58,139 bases of DNA from Actinomycetota bacterium (GTDB taxonomy: Bacteria > Actinomycetota > AC-67): NCBI GenBank assembly GCA_044866075.1, contig JBIOTQ010000001.1, positions 1-58,139 on the forward strand. The letters are read 5' to 3'. Below the pieces are notes generated by a model that did not search any database, was not told where the DNA came from, and saw nothing but the letters and a program-made list of their open reading frames with translations. This document shows, one piece after another, positions 44,486-53,252 of the stretch. Position 1 is the first letter of the stretch, and each line of letters opens with the position of its first letter. Position numbers and translations under genes: made by a program.

Positions 44486-45975
44486 ACCGCTCGGTGCGTC
44501 GCGTCGCTCTCGCGATCGGGATCGCCTTCGCGGCTCTCGTCGCGCAGCTCTCCTACGTTCAGGTCTTCAGCGCCGAGCGGCTGTCCGAGAATCCCGCGAA
44601 CCGGCGGCTCCTGATCAAGGAGTACTCGATCGAACGCGGCGCGATCGTCGTCGGGAACGACATCACCGTCGCGAGATCGGTCGCCACGAAGGACAACCTG
44701 AAGTTCCTCCGGCAGTACAAGCTGAGAGGGCTCTACGGTCAGATCTCCGGGTACTACTCGATCGTGTTCGGACGCTCCGGGCTCGAGCAGAGCTACAACG
44801 ACTACCTCATCGGCGCGGGACCGCAGGACCGCTTCTCCGCGATCGTCGACGACCTCCTCGGACGGGCGCGGATCGGGAACGACATCCACCTGACGATCGA
44901 CCCCGACCTGCAACGCATCGCGCGCAGCGCGCTCGGCAAGCAGCGCGGGGCGGCGGCGGCGATCGATCCGAAGACCGGAGAGGTCCTGGCGCTGTACGCC
45001 AATCCGTCCTTCGACCCGAACCCGCTGTCGTCGCACAACATCGATAGTGTCCGCGCGGCATGGAACCGCCTGAACGCGGATCCGTTGAAGCCTCTCACGT
45101 CGCGGGCGACGCAGGAGCGGTATCCGCCGGGCTCGACCATGAAAGTCATCGTTGCCGCGGCCGCGCTCGAGGACGGCATCAAGGCGACGGATACGTTCTC
45201 GAACCCCCGCGCGCTCGATCTGCCGCTCACCAATCGCACGCTGCCGAACTTCGGCGGCGGCGCGTGCCGCGGCGGCGGGAGAATCTCCTTGGCCCAGGGC
45301 CTGCGCGTCTCGTGCAATACCACGTTCGCGCAGATCGGCATGAAGGTCGGGCCGGAGAAGCTCGACACCATGGCGCGCAAGTTCGGTTTCGGGGGGCCGC
45401 TCCGCGGCTTCGACCTGCCGTCGGCGCCGAGCTGCTTCGTCGCGGTTCCGGGCCGGGAGTGCGGCGATCCGAACCTCGACGCGCCGACGACGGCATTCTC
45501 GTCGATCGGACAGTCGAACGTGCGCGTCACGCCACTGCAGATGGCCGTCGTCGCGGCGACGGTCGCGAACGGCGGGCGCGTTCCGCAACCGCACGTGGTG
45601 CGGGAGATCCAGGATTCGAGCGGCCGAGTGATCAAGCGGATCGTGCTGCGACCCTCCGATCCCATCTACTCATCCGAGACGGCCGACACGATGCGCGACA
45701 TGATGATCGACGTCGTCGACAACGGCACGGGACGTCCGGCGGCGATCGGCAGCCTGCGCGGTGAGATGGGCGGGAAGACCGGAACGGCTCAGACCGGGAT
45801 CGAAGGCGAAGCCCCGCACGTATGGTTCATCGCCTTCGCACCCGGGATCGCGGTCGCCGTCGTCGTCGAGAACGGGGGAAACCTTGCCGATGCGGCAACA
45901 GGCGGGAAAGTGGCCGGACCGATCGCCAAAGCGCTTATAGAGAAGAAGATCGAGAAAGACTCTCGTACACGATGA
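44482..45975 (+). CDS. pbpA: Class B penicillin-binding protein A
   Basis: PGSTMK, SCN and KTGT motifs. Confidence 0.93.
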   Translation: MNRSVRRVALAIGIAFAALVAQLSYVQVFSAERLSENPANRRLLIKEYSIERGAIVVGNDITVARSVATKDNLKFLRQYKLRGLYGQISGYYSIVFGRSGLEQSYNDYLIGAGPQDRFSAIVDDLLGRARIGNDIHLTIDPDLQRIARSALGKQRGAAAAIDPKTGEVLALYANPSFDPNPLSSHNIDSVRAAWNRLNADPLKPLTSRATQERYPPGSTMKVIVAAAALEDGIKATDTFSNPRALDLPLTNRTLPNFGGGACRGGGRISLAQGLRVSCNTTFAQIGMKVGPEKLDTMARKFGFGGPLRGFDLPSAPSCFVAVPGRECGDPNLDAPTTAFSSIGQSNVRVTPLQMAVVAATVANGGRVPQPHVVREIQDSSGRVIKRIVLRPSDPIYSSETADTMRDMMIDVVDNGTGRPAAIGSLRGEMGGKTGTAQTGIEGEAPHVWFIAFAPGIAVAVVVENGGNLADAATGGKVAGPIAKALIEKKIEKDSRTR

Positions 45976-47507
45976 CTCCCAGGGCGAGCAACGGAGGAAC
46001 GGGCGCCGCCGGCGTCGTCCTCGCCGACCGCTACCGGCTCGAGGAACCGATCGCGGCCGGCGGGATGGGCGAGGTCTGGCGCGCAACCGACACTCTTCTC
46101 GAGCGAAGCGTCGCGGTGAAGCTCTTGCGCGAGGCGCTGACGGACGATCCCGTCGTGGCCGAACGGTTCCGTCGCGAAGCGCTCACCGCGGCGCAGCTCT
46201 CGCATCCGAACATGGCCGGTGTCTACGACTACGTGAAGGACAACGGACGTCGCGGCATCGTGATGGAGTTCGTCGACGGCGAGACGCTGGCCGATCGACT
46301 GGCGCGCGACGGCCGGCTGGACGCTCGCGAATCTGTGCGCGTCGCGTCCGGTGTACTTTCGGCGCTGCAAGCCGCGCACGACGCAGGCGTGATTCATCGC
46401 GACGTGAAGCCTGGCAACGTGATGCTGACGGCGGCCGGCGGCGTCAAGGTGACGGACTTCGGGATCGCGCGCGCGGCGTCCGACCACACGATCACGGAAA
46501 CGGGGATGGTGGTTGGGACCGCGCAATACCTCGCGCCGGAGCAGGTGAGCGGGAAGCCGGCGACGCCGGCGTCCGACCTCTACTCGGTGGGCGCGATCCT
46601 GTACGAGATGCTGTCCGGACGGAAGCCCTTCCAGGCCGAGACGCCACTGGCCGTCGCGATGATGCGCCTCACCGAGGGCCCGCCGCCGCTGACGAAGGCG
46701 CGACCCAAGGTGCCGGCGCGGATCGCACAGGTAGTCGAGCGCGCGATGGCGCTCGAACCCGGCGACCGCTATTCGTCGGCCGATGCCATGGCGCAGGCTC
46801 TCGGGTCGGCTCTGAGCGCGACCGCTCCCGCCACCGGCCCCATCCGGCACGATCCCGAGCCGACGGAGGTCCTTCCGATCGAGGGCGCGGAGGCGGCGAC
46901 GGTGGTGATCCCGCGCGGAGCGGTCGAGCCATCGGTCAGCCGGGTCGCCGAGAAACGACGGCGCGAATACAAGCGGCTCGGTCTCTACGCTGTCCTGTTG
47001 GCGCTCGTCATCGGACTCATCGTGATGGGTGCGCTCGCGCTGACCGGCGGCGGAGGCGGCACCGTTCGCGTTCCCGCGTTCACAGGGATGCAACGCGCGG
47101 CCGCCGAGCAAGCGGCGGACCTCGTCGACTTGCGCCTCGTCATCAGTGAGGTGGGCAGCGCGCGTGCGAAGGGAGTAGTGCTCACACAGAGCATCGAGCC
47201 GGGCACTGAACTCGCGCGCGGCGAGACGGTCAAACTCACGATATCCTCCGGCGTTCCACCCAAGCCGGCGGGCCTCGAGGTCCCCGATCTGAGGGGAGAA
47301 GACGAGGACGAGGCGAAAGAGATCCTGAAAGACGACGGATTCGCCATCGGCGAAGTGACCCACGAGGCGTCGACGGAGGTCGAAGAAGGCAAAGTGATCC
47401 GCACCAGCCCGCAGGCCGGGGCCACGCTCGAACCGGGCGACGAGGTGGATATCGTGGTGTCTTCAGGCCCGCCCGAGCGGAAGAAGCGCGGGAAAGGAAG
47501 AGGCTGA
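45972..47507 (+). CDS. pknA: Ser/Thr kinase in the PknA position, with two PASTA domains
   Basis: GGMGEV, VAVK, HRDVKPGN, DFG, APE; TM; two PASTA repeats. Confidence 0.8.
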   Translation: MTPRASNGGTGAAGVVLADRYRLEEPIAAGGMGEVWRATDTLLERSVAVKLLREALTDDPVVAERFRREALTAAQLSHPNMAGVYDYVKDNGRRGIVMEFVDGETLADRLARDGRLDARESVRVASGVLSALQAAHDAGVIHRDVKPGNVMLTAAGGVKVTDFGIARAASDHTITETGMVVGTAQYLAPEQVSGKPATPASDLYSVGAILYEMLSGRKPFQAETPLAVAMMRLTEGPPPLTKARPKVPARIAQVVERAMALEPGDRYSSADAMAQALGSALSATAPATGPIRHDPEPTEVLPIEGAEAATVVIPRGAVEPSVSRVAEKRRREYKRLGLYAVLLALVIGLIVMGALALTGGGGGTVRVPAFTGMQRAAAEQAADLVDLRLVISEVGSARAKGVVLTQSIEPGTELARGETVKLTISSGVPPKPAGLEVPDLRGEDEDEAKEILKDDGFAIGEVTHEASTEVEEGKVIRTSPQAGATLEPGDEVDIVVSSGPPERKKRGKGRG

Positions 47508-49208
47508 GTGAGCGTCAACTCGCAGAAGGTGCTGTCCGGCCGGTACGAGCTGAACGAGCGGCTCGGCTCCGGCGGGATGGCCGAGGTCTACCTCGGCCGC
47601 GACCGCGTCCTCGGACGCACGATCGCGGTGAAGACGCTCCTTGTGCAGTTCGCCGGAGACCCGCACTTCATCGCCCGCTTCCGCCGCGAGGCACAGTCGG
47701 CCGCCGCGCTGAACCATCCCAACATCGTCGGCGTGTACGACACCGGCTCCGACGACGGAACGCACTATATCGTCATGGAGTACATCGAGGGCCGCACCTT
47801 GCGCGACGTCATCCGCGAAGAGGGCCCGCTGCTGCCGGAACGTGCGGCGGAACTCGCCGGCGACGTCTGCGCGGCTCTTGCGTTCGCGCATTCGCACGGG
47901 ATCGTCCATCGCGACGTGAAGCCGGCGAACATCATGCTGACGAAGAACGGCGAAGTGAAGGTCACGGACTTCGGGATCGCGCGCGCCGCCTCGTCCGAGA
48001 CCGTGACACAAACGGCGACCGTCCTCGGGACCGCGCAGTACTTCTCGCCGGAGCAAGCGCAAGCCGGTCCGGTCGACGCGCGATCCGACATCTACTCGCT
48101 CGGTGTCGTGCTGTACGAGATGCTGACACGCCAGGTTCCCTTCACCGGCTCGTCGCCCGTCGCGATCGCGTACAAGCACGTGAAGGAAGACCCGATCCTT
48201 CCGTCGCGGCTGAACGCCGACATCCCCCCGGCGCTCGAGGCGATCGTTATGAAGGCGCTCGCGAAGAACCCCGACAACCGCTACCAGAGCGCGCAGGAGA
48301 TGCGCCAGGACCTGATGCGGGCCGCGAGCGGCAAGCCCGTGGCGGCCACGCCGGTGCTGCCGGCGATCGAGGAGACGTCCATCCACCGACCGACGGCGAC
48401 CGATTCCACCGTGGTCATCCGTCGCACCGGCGCCGTGCCACCCGTCGAGGTCGCGCGCCGCCGGCGCCGTCTCGGGTGGATCCTTCTGACGCTGATCATG
48501 CTCGCGATAGCCGGCGTCGTGGCGTGGGCGATCGTGAGCACGCTCAACAAGGCTCCCGAGACGTTCTCCATTCCAAGCGTCGTCGGGCTGAAGGAAGAGG
48601 ACGCCGTGCGGAACCTCAAAGCCGCGGGATTCACGAACATCGACGTCGATCATGTCGAGAGCGACACGGTCGACGCAGGTCTCGTGATCGATCAAAGACC
48701 CAGCAGTGGCGAACTTCCGAAGGACACGCTCGTCCGGCTGCGCGTCTCCTCGGGCCGAGGGCTAACGACAGTCCCCAGCCTCAAAGGCAAGACCGTCACG
48801 GAGGCGACCAAACTCTTGAGCGACGCCGGGCTCGAACTCGGAAGGCAGGCGCAGGTCGTCAGTAGCGAGGAAGACAAGGGGAAGATCATCAGCTCGAACC
48901 CCAGCGCCGGCGTCGAGGTCCGGCGCGGGACGAAGGTCAATGTCTCCGTCGGCAAGGGCCCTGATACGGCGGTGGTCCCGACGGTCCTCGGGAAGGACGT
49001 CGCGACGGCGACGGCGGAGCTGAAGGCCGCCGGCTTCGATGTAAGTCATCAGACCTCGAGTACCGGAAGTTGTTTCTTCGCTCCTCCCGACAGGGTCTGC
49101 GACCAAAACCCGGACGCCGGAACGCAGGCCAAGAAGGGGTCGACGGTCACGATCTACACGAATTCCGAGTCGAGCCCATCCCCCACACCGACCGGAACGG
49201 AAACGTAA
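47508..49208 (+). CDS. pknB: PASTA Ser/Thr kinase PknB
   Basis: GSGGMAEV, HRDVKPAN, DFGIARA, TQTATVLGTAQY; TM; three PASTA repeats. Confidence 0.92.
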   Translation: MSVNSQKVLSGRYELNERLGSGGMAEVYLGRDRVLGRTIAVKTLLVQFAGDPHFIARFRREAQSAAALNHPNIVGVYDTGSDDGTHYIVMEYIEGRTLRDVIREEGPLLPERAAELAGDVCAALAFAHSHGIVHRDVKPANIMLTKNGEVKVTDFGIARAASSETVTQTATVLGTAQYFSPEQAQAGPVDARSDIYSLGVVLYEMLTRQVPFTGSSPVAIAYKHVKEDPILPSRLNADIPPALEAIVMKALAKNPDNRYQSAQEMRQDLMRAASGKPVAATPVLPAIEETSIHRPTATDSTVVIRRTGAVPPVEVARRRRRLGWILLTLIMLAIAGVVAWAIVSTLNKAPETFSIPSVVGLKEEDAVRNLKAAGFTNIDVDHVESDTVDAGLVIDQRPSSGELPKDTLVRLRVSSGRGLTTVPSLKGKTVTEATKLLSDAGLELGRQAQVVSSEEDKGKIISSNPSAGVEVRRGTKVNVSVGKGPDTAVVPTVLGKDVATATAELKAAGFDVSHQTSSTGSCFFAPPDRVCDQNPDAGTQAKKGSTVTIYTNSESSPSPTPTGTET

Positions 49209-49820
49209 CTACGCGGGCGTCTTGGCCGAGGCCGCGCAGCGGTCGAGGAAGTTTCTCAGAATTTGCATGCCCTCGGTCGTGAGCACGCTCTCGGGGTGGA
49301 ACTGCACTCCTTCGATGGGCAGCGTTCTGTGCCGAACGGCCATGACCAGCTCGTCGCCGGTCTCGGCCGTGACTTTCAGCTCGTGCGGCAGCGACGAGCG
49401 CTCGACGACGAGCGAGTGGTAGCGCGTCGCCTCGAACGGGATCGGGAGACCGTCGAGAACGCCTTCACCGCGGTGGTAGATCTGCGATGTCTTCCCATGC
49501 ACGAGCTCGGGCGCGCGCTGGATGCGTCCGCCGAAAACGTAGCCGATGCATTGGTGTCCCAAGCACACCCCGAGGAGCGGGGTCGTCGGCCCGAGCTCGC
49601 GGATCAGGTCGTTGGAGATGCCGACGTCGGACGGTTTCTCGGGCGTCCCCGGGCCCGGCGAGATGACGATCCCGTCCGCCCGGAACTCGCGCGCCTGGTC
49701 TACGGTCCACGCGTCGTTGCGGACGACGGTGGGCTCGGCGCCGAGCTCGGCGAGCTCCTGCACGAGGTTGTAGGTGAAAGAGTCGTAGTTATCGACGACG
49801 AGAACCCGGGGGCCGGTCAT
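49209..49820 (-). CDS. trpG: Anthranilate/aminodeoxychorismate synthase component II (glutamine amidotransferase)
   Basis: DNYDSFTYNL, SPGPG, GVCLGHQ, RYHSL and QFHPES. Confidence 0.95.
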   Translation of the reverse strand: MTGPRVLVVDNYDSFTYNLVQELAELGAEPTVVRNDAWTVDQAREFRADGIVISPGPGTPEKPSDVGISNDLIRELGPTTPLLGVCLGHQCIGYVFGGRIQRAPELVHGKTSQIYHRGEGVLDGLPIPFEATRYHSLVVERSSLPHELKVTAETGDELVMAVRHRTLPIEGVQFHPESVLTTEGMQILRNFLDRCAASAKTPA

Positions 49821-49864
49821 GTGGCGAGCCTATCACCGCGACTGTATTGCTACGCTGCCTTTCC

Positions 49865-50263
49865 GTGAGGTTCGGTTACGCGATCGTGTACGTCGACGAC
49901 GTCCTCGCCACGCTCGACTTCTACGAGCGCGCGTTCGGGATGCGGCGCGGCTACGTCGCGGACCCGGCGGCGTACGGCGAGCTCAACACCGGAGCGACGC
50001 GCCTCGCGTTCGTTTCGCACGAGCAGGCGGGCGGGTTGATCCCGGGTGGGTATCGCCATGCCAACGTGGCCGAGCCGCCGCCGGGATGCGAGATCGCTCT
50101 CGTCACCGACGACGTCGACGCCGCCTACGGTGCGGCACTGAAAGCCGGCGCGCTCGTGGTCGCGCCGCCCACCGATCAGCCCTGGGGCCAGCGGATCGCG
50201 TACGTCCGCGACCTCAACGGCGTGCTCGTCGAGCTCTGCACCTCGACGGAGGATGCCGGCTAG
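49865..50263 (+). CDS. VOC/glyoxalase-family protein
   Basis: IVYVDDV...FYE.AFG and PWGQ..AYVRD.NG.LVEL. Confidence 0.9.
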   Translation: MRFGYAIVYVDDVLATLDFYERAFGMRRGYVADPAAYGELNTGATRLAFVSHEQAGGLIPGGYRHANVAEPPPGCEIALVTDDVDAAYGAALKAGALVVAPPTDQPWGQRIAYVRDLNGVLVELCTSTEDAG

Positions 50264-50433
50264 CGAACGAGCGTCAGTCGGTCGGGTCGGCGCGCACGCA
50301 ACCGACCGACGATGCGCGCCTCGGGGAGGGTCACGACGAGCCGGGCCGGAGAGTTGGCCGTCGAGCGTGACGCGACGTATCCGAGATAGGAGCGCAGCAG
50401 CTCGATGGGCATGCGCCGGCCGAAACGCATCAT
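50260..50433 (-). CDS. Small Arg-rich hypothetical protein (57 aa)
   Basis: SD GAGGTG 7 nt before ATG 50433; stop overlaps the convergent VOC stop. Confidence 0.4.
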   Translation of the reverse strand: MMRFGRRMPIELLRSYLGYVASRSTANSPARLVVTLPEARIVGRLRARRPDRLTLVR

Positions 50434-50486
50434 CTCTAAGCACCTCACCCGTTTCCGTGTGAGGCTTCTGTATGCATCTGGGACCT

Positions 50487-50518
50487 GTGTTGCGTCTATA
50501 GGACAAATAGACGAACAC
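50487..50518. promoter_or_regulatory. AT-rich inverted repeat (operator or terminator)
   Basis: gtgtt-g-cgtctat-aggacaa-atagacg-aacac. Confidence 0.5.
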
Positions 50519-50604
50519 CGATGTAATTCGGGCTTTTTCGCCGCTCCGCGTGACGGCGCGGACGCGCGATGTCGAAAGCTTCTCGGCGAGCGCTCGGTCT
50601 CCCG

Positions 50605-52443
50605 CTAGGAGCGGCCGGCCTCCATCTTCTTCTTCTCTTCCTCGACGAGCGCGCGCCTGAGCACTTTGCCGACCATCGTCTTCGGCAGCTCTTGCCGGAA
50701 CTCGATGAGCTTCGGGACCTTGTACGCCGTCAGGCGCTCGCGGCAGAAGGCCTCGATCTCGTCCTCCGTCGCGTTCTGGCCGGCCTTCAGGACGATGAAC
50801 GCCTTCACCTGCTCGCCGGACTTCGCGCTGCGGATCCCGACGACCGCGCACTCGAGGATTTTCGGGTGCTGGTACAGGATCTCTTCGACGTCGCGCGGGT
50901 ACACGTTGAAGCCACCGACGATGATCATGTCCTTCTTGCGATCGACGATCTTGAAGTAGCCTTCTTCGTCGACCTCCGCGATGTCGCCGGTGTGCAGCCA
51001 GCCGTCCTTCAAAACCTCTTCCGTCTCGTCAGGCCGGTTCCAGTAGCCCTGCATCACCTGCGGGCCCTTGATGCACAGCTCCCCGGGGCCCGGCATCGCG
51101 ACGTCCTTCGTCGGGTCGTCGACATCGACCAGCTTGCAATCGGTGTCGGACAGCGGAAGACCGATCGTTCCCGGCTTGCGCTTTCCGTAGATCGGGTTGG
51201 CGTGTGACGACGGCGACGTCTCGGAGAGGCCGTACCCCTCGACGATCTTGCCGCCGGTCACCTGTTCCCATTGCTGCTGTACCTCGACCGGAAGCGGCGC
51301 GGCGCCGGAGATGCACGCCCGGATCGAGTCGAGCTTGTAGTTCTTCACGTCCGGGTGGTTCAGCAGGTTCACGTATAGGGTTGGTACGCCCGGGAAGAGC
51401 GTCGGCTTGGTGCGATCGATCTCCCGAAGCAACCCACCGATGTCCCGCGGGTTCGCGATCAGGACGCCCTTCATCGCGCAGAGGATCCCCACGTTCATGC
51501 ACACCGTCTGTCCGTAGGAGTGGAACAGCGGAAGCGCGACCATCCCGACCTCTTTGCCGGGCTGCACGTCGGTGAGCCACAGCCGGTTCTGCCACGCGTT
51601 CGCGACCAGATTGTAGTGCGTCAGCATGACGCCCTTCGACACTCCGGTCGTGCCGCCGGTGTACTGCAAAAGCGCCAGATCGGTCTTCGGGTCGATCGGC
51701 GTCTGCGGTACCGGGCCGCGCGCGCCCTTCATCAGATCCTTCCAGAAGCGCACGGGCTCCGCCTTGTTCACGGGGGCCAGCACGGCCTTGCCCTTCTTTG
51801 TGAGCGGCCCGAGCGTCGCCTTGATCCCCTTGAATCCGTCGAACACATTGGTGACGATCACCTCGCGGAGCTTCGGGAGCTCCGGACGGATCGCTTTCAC
51901 CTTCGGATAGAACTGATCGAGCGTGATCAGAACCTCGACGCCGGCGTCCTCGAGCTGGTGCTGGAGCTCGCGCTCGGTGTACATCGGGTTGTTCTCGACG
52001 ACGATGCCGCCGAGCCGATGCGTCGCGAAATACGCCACGACGTTTTGCGGAAGGTTCGGCAGGATGATCCCGACCGCCGTTCCCTTCGACACGCCGAGGT
52101 CCTTCAGCGCTCCGGCGAACCGATCGACCTTCTGCTTCGCCTCGGCGTAGGTGAAGACGTTGCCCATGAAGTCGAGAGCGGGCGCGTTCGGGAAGTTCCG
52201 GGCCGAATCGTCGAGCAGCGCCGTGAGCGGCACGACCGGATAGTCGTGCGTCGCCGGCACGCCGGGCGGGTAGTTCGCGGTCCAGAAGCGGCTCTCCCAG
52301 CTCGGGCCGCTCGGCGCCTTCGCGCGCGTGGTTCGGGTCGCGCGGGTGGACGCCGCGCGCTTCGCGGGCGCGCGCTTCGCCGTCGTCTTCCGCGCGCGCG
52401 ACGCCGGCGCCTTCGCGCTCTTCGATGGAGTGCTCTTCGGCAT
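50605..52443 (-). CDS. Long-chain fatty acid--CoA ligase with a basic N-terminal tail
   Basis: YTGGTTGVSKG, EGYGLSE, WLHTGD, DRKKD and PKT.VGK. Confidence 0.93.
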   Translation of the reverse strand: MPKSTPSKSAKAPASRARKTTAKRAPAKRAASTRATRTTRAKAPSGPSWESRFWTANYPPGVPATHDYPVVPLTALLDDSARNFPNAPALDFMGNVFTYAEAKQKVDRFAGALKDLGVSKGTAVGIILPNLPQNVVAYFATHRLGGIVVENNPMYTERELQHQLEDAGVEVLITLDQFYPKVKAIRPELPKLREVIVTNVFDGFKGIKATLGPLTKKGKAVLAPVNKAEPVRFWKDLMKGARGPVPQTPIDPKTDLALLQYTGGTTGVSKGVMLTHYNLVANAWQNRLWLTDVQPGKEVGMVALPLFHSYGQTVCMNVGILCAMKGVLIANPRDIGGLLREIDRTKPTLFPGVPTLYVNLLNHPDVKNYKLDSIRACISGAAPLPVEVQQQWEQVTGGKIVEGYGLSETSPSSHANPIYGKRKPGTIGLPLSDTDCKLVDVDDPTKDVAMPGPGELCIKGPQVMQGYWNRPDETEEVLKDGWLHTGDIAEVDEEGYFKIVDRKKDMIIVGGFNVYPRDVEEILYQHPKILECAVVGIRSAKSGEQVKAFIVLKAGQNATEDEIEAFCRERLTAYKVPKLIEFRQELPKTMVGKVLRRALVEEEKKKMEAGRS

Positions 52444-52454
52444 GGCTCCTTCAC

Positions 52455-53138
52455 CTACCTCAGATAGGGGACGAGATCGGAACGGCGGTAATCGTAGCCC
52501 CGGGCCTGCGCCCACCGCCGCGACAGGACAGGTTCGGCGTGACCGCCGACGACACCTTCGATGAACGACGCCGGATCGGTCGCTCCTTCCACGGCCGTCA
52601 GACAGCGCCCGAGCGCGGGGGCGTCGTGCGCGTCGCTCCCGCCGCAAGCCGGCAAGCCGAGCGACGCGGCCAGCCCGGCCGCGATCCGCACGCCCTCCTC
52701 CACGTGGAGGCGTTCGCCGTTCAGCACCTCGACGCTGTGGAGATGCTCGGCGCCGCGGCTGGGGTCGGGCGGGATCAACGCGCCGCCCGTCCTCCACCCG
52801 GCAGGGTGCGCCCAGATAAGAGCGCACGGTCCGACGCGCGAGTTCGGCAGCGGCAACGGGCAGCGCGGCGGCAGGGCCGCCAGCCATTCCAGATCGGTCG
52901 CGAGCACGAGCACGTGCCCTAGATCGGTCGACACCTCGCGACCGGGGATCAGCGCGACGCCGTACGCGGCGAACGCGTCCCGCGCCGCTGCCAGATCGGC
53001 CGGCCCGTGGTCGGTCAGCGCGAGAGCCTGCAAGCCGAGCGACGCGGCCTCGGCGGCCAGCGCATCGACGCCGGCGCGGGCGTCGGACGAGGCCGGAGTG
53101 GCATGGGTGTGGAGGTCGGCAAGCATCAGGACGGCCAT
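52455..53138 (-). CDS. PHP-domain metal-dependent phosphoesterase
   Basis: DLHTH..SD, LTDH, G.E, AHP and GSDAH. Confidence 0.85.
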   Translation of the reverse strand: MAVLMLADLHTHATPASSDARAGVDALAAEAASLGLQALALTDHGPADLAAARDAFAAYGVALIPGREVSTDLGHVLVLATDLEWLAALPPRCPLPLPNSRVGPCALIWAHPAGWRTGGALIPPDPSRGAEHLHSVEVLNGERLHVEEGVRIAAGLAASLGLPACGGSDAHDAPALGRCLTAVEGATDPASFIEGVVGGHAEPVLSRRWAQARGYDYRRSDLVPYLR

Positions 53139-53252
53139 TGTCCCTTGCTCGGAGCGCGGCCTCAAACCGCCACGCTTGCTCGCTCTTCGGCGCCGCCGCT
53201 AGCCTGGCTTCCCTCTCGCAGGCTCTCGCCGAACGCGCGATCGGAGGTTCCG

